In this document: one piece after another, positions 1 through 11,916 of the stretch
How the letters are laid out: every line of letters begins with the position of its first letter
How positions within the stretch are numbered: the stretch's first letter is position 1
Source: Utricularia gibba
Taxonomy: Eukaryota; Plantae; Magnoliophyta
Direction: 5' to 3'
Assembly (NCBI GenBank): GCA_002189035.1
Contig: NEEC01000002.1
Span: 5,890,001-5,954,000 of the forward strand
DNA length: 64,000 nt
The notes under the pieces: model-generated
Told to the model about the DNA's origin: nothing
Database searches by the model: none
The model's input: the letters and a program-made list of their open reading frames with translations, nothing else
Translations under genes and position numbers: made by a program

Positions 1-41
1 CCTTTCTTCTTCTACTTCCATTTTCCATACAATGATACAAT

Positions 42-836
42 TCAGTATGGATAAAGATTCCTAGAGAAACTGGGTGAATATTGAGCTTTTCCTGTAGAAA
101 ATTGGGAGGTGGAATCAGGTCTAGATACAGTTTGATCAGGTCCTTTGTATAATCTTTCTTTGGTTTGTGCGAAAAAAATTGGGAAATGCCTGAGTTGACA
201 GAGCATCCGAGGTGAAACATAATCTCTGGTTTGCCCAACGAACAATTTAAGTATTTGGGTGGTTAAAAAGTTGGTATTTACCAGGGGCTTCCCTTACCAT
301 TCCAATGATCTGAGATCCTGGAAGCAGTTCTGTCGTATATCTTTAAATGCAAAAACTTAAAATCTCAACAAGGATGAGAATATTTCAATGAGCAAGACAG
401 CTTTACTTCATTTTGATACAGAAGAGGTATTATTTTGTAGAGTTATTTCATGCCAAGAATTTCCCAGCCATTTCTCCAATGGGGAAATGATGTTCGAATA
501 TTCACATGCATATTGCACCATATCTGATCTCTGGTCTTCAGTATTCGCATTTTAGGTTGTTTTAGATCGACATTAGTATTCTTAGATTGTTCGTTCAGTC
601 TTTTATGCTTGTGTGATATCAGGGTGGTGGCTCTGCCTGCAAATCTGGATTTCATGATCTTCAACCACCGAGGCAAAGCGTTTCCGTTGGCCACCACGAA
701 CAGCAAACCTTCTGGTTATTTGCTTTAGCAGCATTGAATTGTAAGCAGTTGGATTAGGACCGTCTGTGTGAAGCTTTGATTTGATAGACTTTATACAAAT
801 GATATGTTTGGTACGTTTATTTAAACTACTAAACAT
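42..836 (-). pseudogene. Degenerate coding remnant, possibly F-box/LRR-like (or LRR of an R gene); may continue beyond the window start
   Basis: One minus frame joins ORFs 603..836 and 42..245 through several stops (...LEKWLGNSWHEITL...SSLLRF*VFAF...LRSLEW*GKPLV...LKLFVGQ...). Leu-periodic segments loosely resemble plant F-box/LRR proteins. The similarity is weak. Confidence 0.25.
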
Positions 837-840
837 ATAT

Positions 841-1020
841 TAGGGTTAACCGAACCGAAACTAAATCGAAATTGAATTAAAAATAGAAATACATAAAGTA
901 TATACTTATCTAAAAAAAGGATTAATTCAGCAAATAACCAAATTAATCGATAACTGATTTATGCCAAATTTTACTAACAAAAACCCAATCGAATTTTTCA
1001 GTTTCCGTTTGGTTCGATTA
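841..1020. mobile_element. Possible hAT-derived MITE remnant
   Basis: Begins TAGGGTTAACCGAACCGAAAC and has an imperfect inverted copy GTTTCCGTTTGGTTCGATTA at 1001-1020. No clear TSD seen. Confidence 0.3.
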
Positions 1021-1655
1021 ATCAATTTTCTTGATTACTAATCGAATTTTACTCTGCCATACATGCATGTTTTAAAATTAGACATATTTTGTGTAATTTA
1101 TAAAATATTTGAATAATTCATATAATCATATTTATCAAAAATTTTATCTAATTTGAGGTTTTTTAATCAATCAAGTGTATGGTATATGTCATATGTATTT
1201 ATTACATATAATAATATTATATATATATATATATGTAATAAATACTTATTAACATATAGATTTTGAATATAATAATATAATGTATGTCTATCAAATGTGT
1301 TCAAAAGATTATCATTTCAGTGTGATTCAAAAGTGCCAAGAGCGAACACTCTATTTTCAATTTTTCCCGGAAAGAATTAAACATTATTCCAAAATTATAA
1401 TTTTGAGAAAATGCTAATAAAAATAGACTATACGATATTCATGATTTTTCCTTTTTAAGATAAAAAAATTAATATTAAAAATAATAATTTGTAATAGGGC
1501 AAAATGTTGATATTAAATTGAATAATACAGAAAATAAAAAAGAAAGAGAAAATCTGAAGTCTTGAAATTCGGGAGACAGAAGTCCTCCTTTTTCCGAAGT
1601 TGAGAGGGCAGTCACTCGAACTCAATGCTGCAGCATCCATCTCCATTTTTCTGCT

Positions 1656-4152
1656 ATGGCTTCGTGTTATTGCTTTCGGAGTTTCATCCCTCTCCCTTTA
1701 GGAAGACTCGACACTTCTTGCAATCTTCTTTTTCCCAAGTTTCAGTGTTACCCTGCAACCCGTAATGAGGCGAATCATTCGAGAATCTCTGCGTCTTTAA
1801 AGAAACCCAGGTTGCGATGTGTTTTCTAGATTTAGGGTTTCGAATTAGTAATGCATGTGTTTATGGATTTTGGAGTACTATTTCTTCTTCTCTTTGCCGT
1901 GTCTGCCGTTTTGACATTGGCGGAGTTAACAGGAGGGCGAAGAGCAACGATGAACTTGTGCACGATATTAGGGAGTTTTTGTCATCTGTTGGACTCCCTG
2001 AAGATCTTGTGCCTTCAATGAAAGTGCTTTCCCAACATGGAAGGTTTGAATTGTAGCTCTTAATTTTCATTGATGTTCGGTGAATGGCATTAAGTACCGA
2101 ACTTCATCCTCTTTCTTTGTAGGCAAATTAAGAGTCTTGTTAACCAATGCATGCAGGACTTGTTTTTGGATTCTTATTGTAGAACTTTCAAATATTGCAG
2201 AGGCTTGATAGAGTTTATACATGTTTCCTTGAGTTTCCATTGCTAATATGATGACATTGGAATGCATGAAGAAGTCTAAAGCTCTGCATGTTAGGGCTTA
2301 TGATTGGTCAACTGAGTGAATTTGTATGGTTGATTTTGTAGACAGGACCTGGCTTACTTGGTCAGGAGGCGAGGTTATAAGTTTATCAGACAGCTTCTCG
2401 AGGCTTCCACCCAAGCAGTCAGTGATACCGAAAGAACAGAGTCTTTTCAGGCTGGAAATTTAACTTTGCTCAATCACTCTGGGAGTAAATGAAATATCTT
2501 GATTGTATCATTTGCGTCATTTAAGAATGCTCTTCATTTTCATGATCCCGGTATTCTGATTAAAGGTCGGGATGAGAGACTGGGAGTTTTGGCTGGAGTA
2601 GGAACGTATGAAGAGATGCAACTCAATTCTAGTACAGAAAAAGCTGAAAATCCCGAGCTTAAGGATGAAATTTCATCTAATTCCCCATCTCTGGAAGAAG
2701 CAGTTGCTAGATTTATCGAGCATGGGGAATTAGAGACACTGGATGGTATGGTTTTTCCATTTCTTCAGACCAACATTCTAAAATAGCCATCGGAGCTACT
2801 TCAGTTCTATGGATACGATTTCTTTCATAACCTAATATGTTGGGTTTAATTTATGTTTAAGCAGAGTTATCCTGCAAAGAAAGTGGAACAACTCTAGCGA
2901 GAAATGAGCACAGTGGGTTGAAGAAAATAAATGGAAATGGCTCTATTGATCATTCCGTTATTGAGAATATTAGCTCCTGGTTAGTTTACTGCTTCTTGCT
3001 GCTTCAAAAAACTTATTTATATTCTTTTCTTATGTGTATTGTTTTTGCATCTTGAAATGTCTAGTGAGGCGTCTAGCATCCAAGATACGGAACATCACTC
3101 TAGCAGTCCGGATCATGATATTGAGGTTGTGGTCAAAGTGATTTGGTTAATAGCATACTGAAAATTTTCACAGATTCTCCAGATTTCCACTGTTTCACCT
3201 TAATCACTATTACTACTATTTTTGTGTGGAAGACACAGAAAATGGAGTATGAAGATGAAATTAAGCATCTGAGTTTCTTGCTGGTAAAAAAATTACACGC
3301 TGCCACCAGTAGTTTCAGATTGTGACTTGATCATCTCATGTTATCATGTTCATTATTTTGTTTGATAGTTGGACTATATATTAAATCACGCTGTTCTTGC
3401 CTTTCTGTAGCGTCAAAAAGAATTGGAGCTAGTAGATTTGAAGCAGCAGATAGAGAAGGAAAAGGTACATACGTAGAAGCTTTACTTCTGCAAGAAAACT
3501 CATCCTTATTAAACGCAATATCACTTCTTTTCAGAGTGTATTGTCTGCTCTGCAACTAGAAGCGAAGATGAAAATTGAAAAATCACAAGAACTTGTCTCC
3601 CAAAAAGAGATGGAATTGCTCGCTGCAGAAGAAAATCTAGCTGGATTAGTTGAGGTAAGCTAAGCCTGTCAAATTGCATCATACATCTGATGTGGGATTC
3701 TGAAAATTGGAATGGCATACTTTGCTCTTAGGCCGTGGTTCAGTTTTCTGTGGAAGGTGAGAGCGTAGAGCTAGCTGGTAGCTTCAACGGCTGGTGCAAT
3801 AAAATCAAAATGGAAGCAGAGCCATCCCCAGTCAGGTCATGCCTCTTCTTCTGTTGTTTGCCTTCTCCCCAAACTTCCTGTATATCTTCTTCAGAAAACA
3901 GAATCTGAAGTACTTCTCTTCAAATTCTTCAGGAAGCGAGTATGGACAACAGTGTTATGGCTCTATCCAGGGATTTATGAGGTGATCAATATATTGCATA
4001 TACATAAAAGCTTTTGCTCTGAAAGTATTGATGATGTTCCCTTGCTGCATGATCAGATGAAGTTTGTGGTGGATGGGATTTGGATGACGGATCCTGAAAG
4101 AGAGGTTGTCTTCAGAAATAACATTCAGAACAATGTTCTTCGGATATACTAA
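1656..4152 (+). CDS. PTST3: Protein targeting to starch 3-like (chloroplast; coiled coil plus C-terminal CBM48), multi-exon
   Basis: ATG 1656 opens a transit-peptide-like exon (MASCYCFRSF..LKKPR). Later exons read KSNDELVHDIREFLSSVGLPEDLVPSMKVLSQHGR|QDLAYLVRRRGYKFIRQLL, a coiled coil RQKELELVDLKQQIEKEK, and CBM48 motifs VELAGSFNGW, WTTVLWLYPGIYE, MKFVVDGIWMTDP, ending at TAA 4152. Confidence 0.88.
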
Positions 4153-4273
4153 TCATGCACATGTTATTGATCACAAAAAAAAAAAAACGAAAACATGCAC
4201 CAGTCTTGTACAGAATCTACAAAATAGAGGATAGATGTAGTCTGTAATATTCTACAACAACAAGTTGACATCT

Positions 4274-4358
4274 CCGACCTTAGCTCAGTTGGTAGAGCGG
4301 AGGACTGTAGTAGTCTGCTGTGATCCTTAGGTCGCTGGTTCGAATCCGGCAGGTCGGA
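4274..4358 (+). tRNA. trnY-GUA: tRNA-Tyr (GUA) with 12-nt intron (4311-4322)
   Basis: CCGACCTTAGCTCAGTTGGTAGAGCGGAGGACTGTAG-[TAGTCTGCTGTG]-ATCCTTAGGTCGCTGGTTCGAATCCGGCAGGTCGGA matches plant nuclear tRNA-Tyr, with A and B boxes and upstream CAA triplets. Confidence 0.97.
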
Positions 4359-4361
4359 TTC

Positions 4362-4367
4362 TTTTTT
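4362..4367 (+). terminator. Pol III oligo-T terminator of the tRNA-Tyr gene
   Basis: T6 run 4 nt after the tRNA 3' end. Confidence 0.8.
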
Positions 4368-4572
4368 CTTGTTTATTTTTTCCTTAAAATGTGTTGGGCC
4401 TTGGGCTTCCTATGGCTGATAAAGGGCCCAAATATTTGGGCCGGCTCAACGACTGCTGGTGTTTCTTTTTATTATTAAAACTACGATATTCCCGATATTT
4501 TTGGACGAGTCGCCTCCGCATTGGTGCAAACTGCCGAACCAGTAGTGATCGTGGAGCGGCGGCACCGGAGAG

Positions 4573-5570
4573 ATGGCTGGCCGGAGCATCACGTATATCA
4601 CTGCTTCGCAGCTCATCTCCCTGAAGCGAAACCCTGGTATTGCTATTGTCGACGTCAGGTGTTGAATCCTTACTGCTCCTTACAAATGATCTAACCCTAT
4701 CTTTTGTTTGATATTTTTATGATGCTAAGGATTTCGATATCTGTTCAGGGATGAGGAGAGGAGTTACGATGGTCACATTCTTGGATCGCTTCATTTCTCC
4801 AGCTCCTCCTTTAAAGATCGGATGCCCAGTCTTGTTGAAGCTACTCAAGGGAAAGATACCCTCGTTTTCCATTGTGCTCTCAGCCAGGTCTCTGCCTTAC
4901 TCTCTTGTTGATTGATTCGGAAACTGATCGAATTTATAGTGATTTGATTTTAGTGGAAGTATGCATAAGTTTCTGCAGAGGGGTCCTTGTTTTTGTGGTG
5001 CTAGGACTTAGACCTTGATTGTCATTCTCCCTAAATATGAGGCTGCTGAAATCAACATGCTGTTATTGGTAGTCTTTTTTATTCTTTGAGATTATGAATA
5101 GTATTTCAATGCATGAAAAATGCTGATTCATCTTGAATCTGTGGCTTGGAAGATGAGCCAGGTGTTTTGTTTTTATGGGTGAGCTTTTTGTGATGGTTGG
5201 TTCCACAATTGGGAGCTTGTTTGAAATGGAATAGTTGACCATCGGGGGAATGTCATGTTCTCTTACCAAATGTGTGTAGTTTGTCTGCAAGTGGAGGGAG
5301 CTCTTTTAGTGAAGTCATCTGCTACCAGTATCCTTTTCTTTTTCAGTTCAACTTTCGTACATACTGTACAGGTTGCAACACGGATGACAGTGTACTTTTT
5401 CTCCATAGGTTCGTGGACCAAAATGCGCAAGAATATTTGCAGAGTATGTTGCTGAAGAGAAGGGAGTTGGGTCGAAGAACATCATGATTCTCGAACGCGG
5501 TTACAATGGCTGGGAAGCATCGGGGAATCCAGTTTGCCGGTGCAAGGACCCTGCCTGCACGGGCGTTTGA
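4573..5570 (+). CDS. ACR2: Rhodanese-like arsenate reductase / dual-specificity phosphatase CDC25-like (3 exons)
   Basis: [29 protein letters not shown]|[16 protein letters not shown]...[10 protein letters not shown]|[10 protein letters not shown]...[19 protein letters not shown]. The CX5R active site (HCALSQVRGP) is split by intron 2. Confidence 0.92.
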
Positions 5571-5763
5571 ACCCAGAGTAGGAAGAATAACTGGCTCCAT
5601 AAGATGCTGGATAGCCATTAGTGTATCGTCTGCTGCCTCTTTGTTTTCATATTGGAGACGTTGAAATGTGCAGGACAAGACGAATTTGTTTCATATTCTG
5701 AATTGAGCTTCGTGTTATCAGAGAAAGGTACAGGTGAATCAATACCCTTTTGTCTACATGGTC

Positions 5764-6021
5764 TCAGCATCCATTCGCTCGCCGGAGATCCTCAGCTCTG
5801 ATGATCTCTTTAGCCAATTTGGTGTAGAGGGAGAGACCCTCAACCACACCATAAACAGTAGCCAGCCCAAGATAGCGAGATCCGAAGTGTGGCCGGAGCT
5901 GCGGTGGATCTGCGGTTCGGATGTTGTACCTCTCGGTACAGTGCACCGCCGGAATTATCCCAGCAGCGGAATCCAGATTCTGATCCGGTGCCGGTGGAGC
6001 TTGTCTGTTTTTAATCCCCAT
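5764..6021 (-). CDS. Small ORF of unknown function (85 aa)
   Basis: ATG-started ORF in a GC-richer island with one hydrophobic stretch (YLGLATVYGVVEGLSLY). No family recognised. Confidence 0.25.
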   Translation of the reverse strand: MGIKNRQAPPAPDQNLDSAAGIIPAVHCTERYNIRTADPPQLRPHFGSRYLGLATVYGVVEGLSLYTKLAKEIIRAEDLRRANGC

Positions 6022-7128
6022 TCTTTCCTAAAATATGTTTCCTTACTTTTTATGGAAAGAAAGGGATTCAATAAGAATAACAACGCCGAGTTACAAGTCC
6101 AATTTTATCATTCTGAAAAAAACTATATTGTTTTTTTGAAAATTGTTTATCGAAACAATAAGATTATTTTTTAACGAAATTGTTTATCTCCTTCATTCCT
6201 TCCTTCCTTGTTTTCATCTATGCCACTGCAATCAAAGGATGGGCATAAGATGCGAAGATAGGTTATCTGTTTGTGAATTTGGAATTCATCATATTCTTTT
6301 TCTTTGGCTTATGTTAACATAAAAATATAACTAATTATTATTCCTTAATACAATATTGTACATCTCGAATATTTAAATTTCATAATTTTATGTTTTTTTA
6401 TTTAAAAAAAACTTCGTGATTTTTTTATATAAACTATATCTTTATTCCATTCCTAATCCATATGGAATTCATCTTGGACCGTACCCTTCCCTAGAGTGGA
6501 GCTGATGATCTTGAGCTTGTCAAAGGATTGTTGATGACACTACTATTAGAAAGTTCCAACTTTTTCTGTCGATTGGCCAACATCTCACCTTTTTCCAACG
6601 AGAGAGAAAGATGGACTACTGGCTTGCCACTTCTTCCTTGTATTCATCATGCCGAGCATGTGGCGCCTCTCCCCTTCTAAGGAATGTAAATGGGATGAAG
6701 GTATGTGACTTCCATCCATCTCAGTCGAGTATGCTTTTCGACTGTTGCTGATCCTGGAACTGAAGGAAGCACCATATTTAACACAGGCTGCTTGTTCTTT
6801 ATCTTGATGAGTTTCTCACAGTGGTGGCATGCCCATTCTTCTCAAGGTAAGTAAAATTTCAAAGAAGCACCAACTTCCCTGCAACATATGGTGTGTGACA
6901 TTGTTCCAGTTAATCCATACTAGTCAATATTGGTACTCATGCACATCTTCAGATACACTTCTTACCCTCTAAACTTCCACATTAGAACGAAGAATCAAAG
7001 TTGAACATAATAGATGCATTAGAGTAAGTTGATCATCATGCTAAGTCTAGTGTCATGGCATTGGTTGATTGTCATAATAATCAAAGGAGCAATGGCTGAG
7101 GAATGCCGCAACAAATCAGTTGTGTGTC

Positions 7129-10100
7129 TTAGTACCGATGGATCAGCTGCCTCCACTCATCCTTGTTTTCTGTGTAGTAGTTGATCTCAGCCTGAATAAA
7201 TAAGCTCACAAGTGAACTGTCGAGCATGAAAGTATATTATGCAAAATGTGTTCATTTTGAAACAGAATCATATGGACTTCAATCAGTTTATATGCCATTG
7301 AGATTTCTGGAAGCTACCTTTCTTATTGCTTTAATGGCAACCAGAAGCTTTTCACCGATCAAATCTTTCATAACTGAGTCCTTTTCAAGGGCTTCGACAG
7401 ATTCAGAGAGAGACTTTGGTAGCCTCTTCACCTTGTCTTTAAAATTGTCCGGATTAGCATCTGGTAAGAAAAAACCAACATTCTAGCAGTTGAGTGCAGC
7501 AGAAATCCAAGTAAAACCGAAATGTAGGTGTTTTAAACTATTTTATAGGAGAGTAAACTGCACTGGAGATCTCTATATGCAGTAAGCTTGCTTGTATAGC
7601 AGAAGATCAAGATGTAAATGTTGCGCAAGTCTTACCAATTGGTTCAGGAATCTCAGAGTGTTTGCGTAGACCATCGATTCCGGCAGCAATTATAGACGCA
7701 AGGCCAAGGTAAGGATTGGCGCAGCCATCAAAGGCCTTGATCTCAAAGTTGCTCACAAAGCCAAAAGGAATTCCTGGTGGAGAAGCAGCTCTTATGGGAG
7801 CTTCTCTATTTTCCATTCCCAGCAATGGTATGCACCACTCCATGTGTTGGGTTGTAGACGATCATAACTGGAGAGTACAAATATATTAGACTTCACCTCA
7901 TTAGAAACCATAGCAGACAGGCTCATGAGACACAAACAGACACTCAGAAGTTAAGAACCATGAAAAAGCATCAACCTGTTGGGAATTGGTGCTGTGAATG
8001 CCAGTATAGATGGAAGATGATTGAGTACTCCAGCCATGAACTCCTCCCCAATTGCAGAGATCCCGTACCTACTTGTTCCTTTTTGCCCCATAAACACATT
8101 TTGCCCATTCCTGAACAAACTGAGGTGCACATGTGATCCAGAGCCGACATCTTCAAGGGAGTACCTAGAAAAAGATGAGACATTGCTTATCATTGTGGTG
8201 TTTGGCTTAATATTGAAGTCCAAAACCCAGGAAAGGTAAGTTAGATCAAAAAACTTCAGAGCCTAAAAGCCTGAGCTTAGGGGGGAATGATTAATTAAGT
8301 ACTCACTTGGGTACAAAAGTAGCCATTAACCCATGTTTTCTTGCCACTCCCTTGATAACTTCACGCGCGAAGATGAGTTTTTCTGCAGCACTTTCGCAAG
8401 CTGTATACCCCAAAGCAATTTCAAATTGACCATGCCCCGCTTCTGCATGCAGCTAAAGAAGGATTTCGAACAGAGAATAATGCTTCAGCCACTATTTAAT
8501 CATTATGAAGAGAAAGTTTCTTTAGTTGCATCATTGCCTAATCATATATTCAACTGGGCAAGAAGGTAAACAGAAAAAGATGAAAGATTTTAAATCATCA
8601 CACCTGTTCCACAACAATATCCAGTGATTGAAGTGAGGCCGCAATTTCACTAAGTATAGGAAAAGCAGCATCGGTTGAAGAGGCTGAACAATAAGTAGTA
8701 TGATCAAAAGGCACCCATTTCTCTTTCCCATCACTGCAAGTGTGTCTCGTTCATCAGTTCTCAACAAGCACGAACGAAAAAAAAAAATCAATATGAAGCT
8801 TCTCCCAACATACACTGACTCATTCCGTAAGAGATAAAATTCGCTCTCGAAACCGGCATTCATTATCTGCATAACCAGCTATGTCACAAAAAGCATACAT
8901 GTAGTACACTAGCGAACGAGTATATGTCAGTTAATACCAAGTCAAATTCATCCTTCAGAATTTTTGAAAGTCTTTGCAGTGTCCATCTGGGACAATATTC
9001 CCATGGCGTTCCAGGTCTGAGATGCATTGCAGCAAGAACCATCTCTTGCTTCTTTGCCCTGGAAAACCAAATGGTGGAATAGCATGGAAAGACTCTTCCA
9101 TTATCTCAGTGGACCATTCTTAAACCATACATGGTAAAAAATGAAGACAAGTGACAAGGCAATAGAAAGAACAATAGGAACTATCATATATACTTGATAA
9201 GAACACTGCTCCAGCATGGAAGTGCAAAGCATCAAATATTTTTAGAACAATGGTTAACTTATGGGATTGAGAACTTTCTAACAAGGGAAATCTAATGAAG
9301 AAGTAAATATACTCAAATATGTGATCTTCAAGATTTCCAAATGGCATGCTTCTGACATACCAAGGAATTAGGACTTTGGTTGATAAATCAGGCATAAGTC
9401 TGATTTCACCAGATACACCTAGATTACTTCCTTCAGCCGGACAGTCTGTGTAGGAGCTCATTCCCATTGACGCACAGGTTAGTCCGAGGCCGTTCGATAT
9501 GATGAGGTCATGGAAGCGCTTTCTTGGAACCACCTGAAACAATAAAAAACACAGTTGTAGAGGGAATTACATTACCAAAGTCACATGACTGTGACATTTT
9601 TGTCAAGGTAAGAATTAAAGAGGTAAATTCGTACAATTCAGGAAACCGAGAGTCCAGCAAGCATAAAGAATGAGAAAACAGCTACTTGATGAAAATCACA
9701 GGGCAATTTAACCAGTACATTCTACCATGCCAAATACATAATGTTAAGCTGAAAAGCTTACACGACATCTGTGCTGTCCTGAAGCATCAATCCATATAAC
9801 ACGCACAAATTCGATGCCTTCAACTGAAGCATGATGACTAAGATCAACAGGAATAGAGCCGTTTAAAGTGGATGAAGCTGAGGAGCCTTCAATCTTATAA
9901 AAAAGCTTGGCATTTTCAGATAATATTTCTTTAGCAGCTTGAATAGCTTCAGGGATTGATAGGTCTCCATCGGTGCACGCATCCCGCAGGACAGAAAATA
10001 TCACCTCACGTCCATTTTTTGCACCTGTTTAATGGAGTCAAATCCAAAAAAGAAGTAAAATGATGAAGCCTTGAGAATCATATGGAGAGTGGACCTAAAA

Positions 10101-11916
10101 CCTACCCAGATAGAAGTTCTCAGCAAATGCAACGCCATCAGTACTGAACATGACCTGTATAGAATAGTAAACACAGAATGGATGCAAGTTTTGTTTCTGC
10201 ATTAAAAGACATCATTTAAGGCCCAGATATAAAATTGTAATCAAAGTTTTACCTTGTTAATTGGGGCCAGATGCAAGAGCTCCTTAACTGATGAAACCAT
10301 TCCATGGACGCTGAGTTTAGGCACTGCCAGACCAAAGTCCAGATAGACCTACAATCAACTTTGCTGCTTGGAGGATTAGTGATTCTAGTAAGGATGTTTC
10401 ATTTAGCCCATTGGCTTCTACACTTAGTAAATGACTTAAAAATTCGATAACAACACGAACTGAACTTCATACAAAGCCAAATGAAGATAGGAAGAAATAC
10501 AATACATAATATTACTTGATGATATACAGACGCCAAATAGGATGCTTCTTTGGAATAAGGGTATGAGGCGTGCAGCAGCACAATTCGACAGTTCTTGAAT
10601 CTCTTGTCCTCCAGAAGTCCCCGTAGATGACAAGGATTTGCCTTCCTCAAATCCAGATCATTGTCTCCATAGCTTCAGAGAGCAACAGCACAATTATTCA
10701 GTCATAGATAATTACACAGATACCAACTTATCATCATGCCAGATTCCAGACGATACTAATTAATCATTATCAAATAATAATGCAGTTGTTTCACTGGAGA
10801 CAGTCATCAGAATAAAAATCTTATCACGGAAATATCCAAATGCTTTGAAACAAACAAATGTATTTACTCACTAATCATTACCCGGTGTGCATCTGGATTG
10901 GCAAATCAAAAGACTGAGCAATCTCCAACGCTTTCACGAAGATGTAATCCACGAAGTTCTTATTCGTGATGCGAATGGAGCTCCCAGCTGCAACAACAAA
11001 ACTCCATTAGAACAACACCGGGAACCCCTCAAATTCTAACTACAGATTATCAACCTCTTAAAGTGTGATTGAGACCCTCCTCAGCCTCCTCATTTGACAC
11101 ATATGTATTGATTTCAAGTCCACTCCGGTAAGCAGCTATACTCTTAAAGCCAGCAATGTCGTTGGCACATGTAAAACACCAACTAAGGAAATCAAAGAGA
11201 ATTTGTTTTTCGTCATTCTCGGTAACAAAAAAAAAAAAAAAAAAAAAAAAAACCTTAAAGCTCAGCCACAAAGGATATGATTTCAAGTGATTCACAAATG
11301 ACTCTGTGAATAAGTCCAACGACCATGCAATCCCACGGGCGATTCCCTGATCAGGATTCAGGAACAAGAACAAAAGGATGCTCAGAGAAACAGGGGAACA
11401 GGGGAGGGGGGAGCGGAATAGCGTGATCTACCTCATGGAGAATTTTCTCGGCTGCAGTTTCGATTCTCAGTATCCTTCCGACGAACGGAACGTATTGTCT
11501 GTGCCATTCGATTCCAAACTTTTTGTCCAGATTAATACCATCATCAATCAAGACCGCTGATATTCCAGACGCCTTGAAGCACTTTGACGTAATTGATTCC
11601 ACTCCGGCCTTGTTCCGGTGTCGTTGAATATCCTCCAGTGATGATTCCGTGGCATACAGTTCCGCAATTCGTCTCAAATTTCTCTACAGTTAAACAAAAA
11701 ACGGAGATAGGTCAGCCTTGTTCGCATATCGTTAAGAGCGAAAAGCGTGTACGGCACCTTGAAAACAATGGAGCGAGGCCCCAAGGAGGGATCCGCCTCC
11801 GAAAAGCAGTTGTGGAAGGGGAACGTGGAATCAAAGGCGACAATATTGTGAGCGTGTCCGTCAACAAGGTCCGCCGTGTCAACGGCGAGCTTCAACGCGG
11901 CGAAAGAGGTGTCCAT
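7129..11916 (-). CDS. NodGS: Nodulin/glutamine synthetase I-like fusion (amidohydrolase domain plus GSI domain; FluG-like), multi-exon
   Basis: N-terminal LVDGHAHN, KSIAAYRSGLEI, LPIQMHTG, IVLLHASYPY (amidohydrolase). GS part FVRVIWIDASGQHRCRV, GSGSHVHLSL, GMENREAPIRAASPPG, NFEIKAFDGCANPYLGLA. Ends ...LIHRY* at 7129. Contains a U12 AT-AC intron at 11171-11278. Confidence 0.92.

Noticed and set aside
5328-5337. GTATCCTTTT, a U12-type donor motif inside ACR2 intron 2
   Set aside because: No U12 branch point before the acceptor, and the gene already splices in frame with GT-AG sites.
6480-6850. Coding-looking stretch with a strong AAG|GTAAGT donor at 6846
   Set aside because: No consistent ORF or recognisable protein on either strand.
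7129-11916. Interpretation of the amidohydrolase-GSI fusion as a novel or horizontally acquired system
   Set aside because: The NodGS/FluG-like fusion is an established plant gene; here it is intron-rich and includes a U12 intron.
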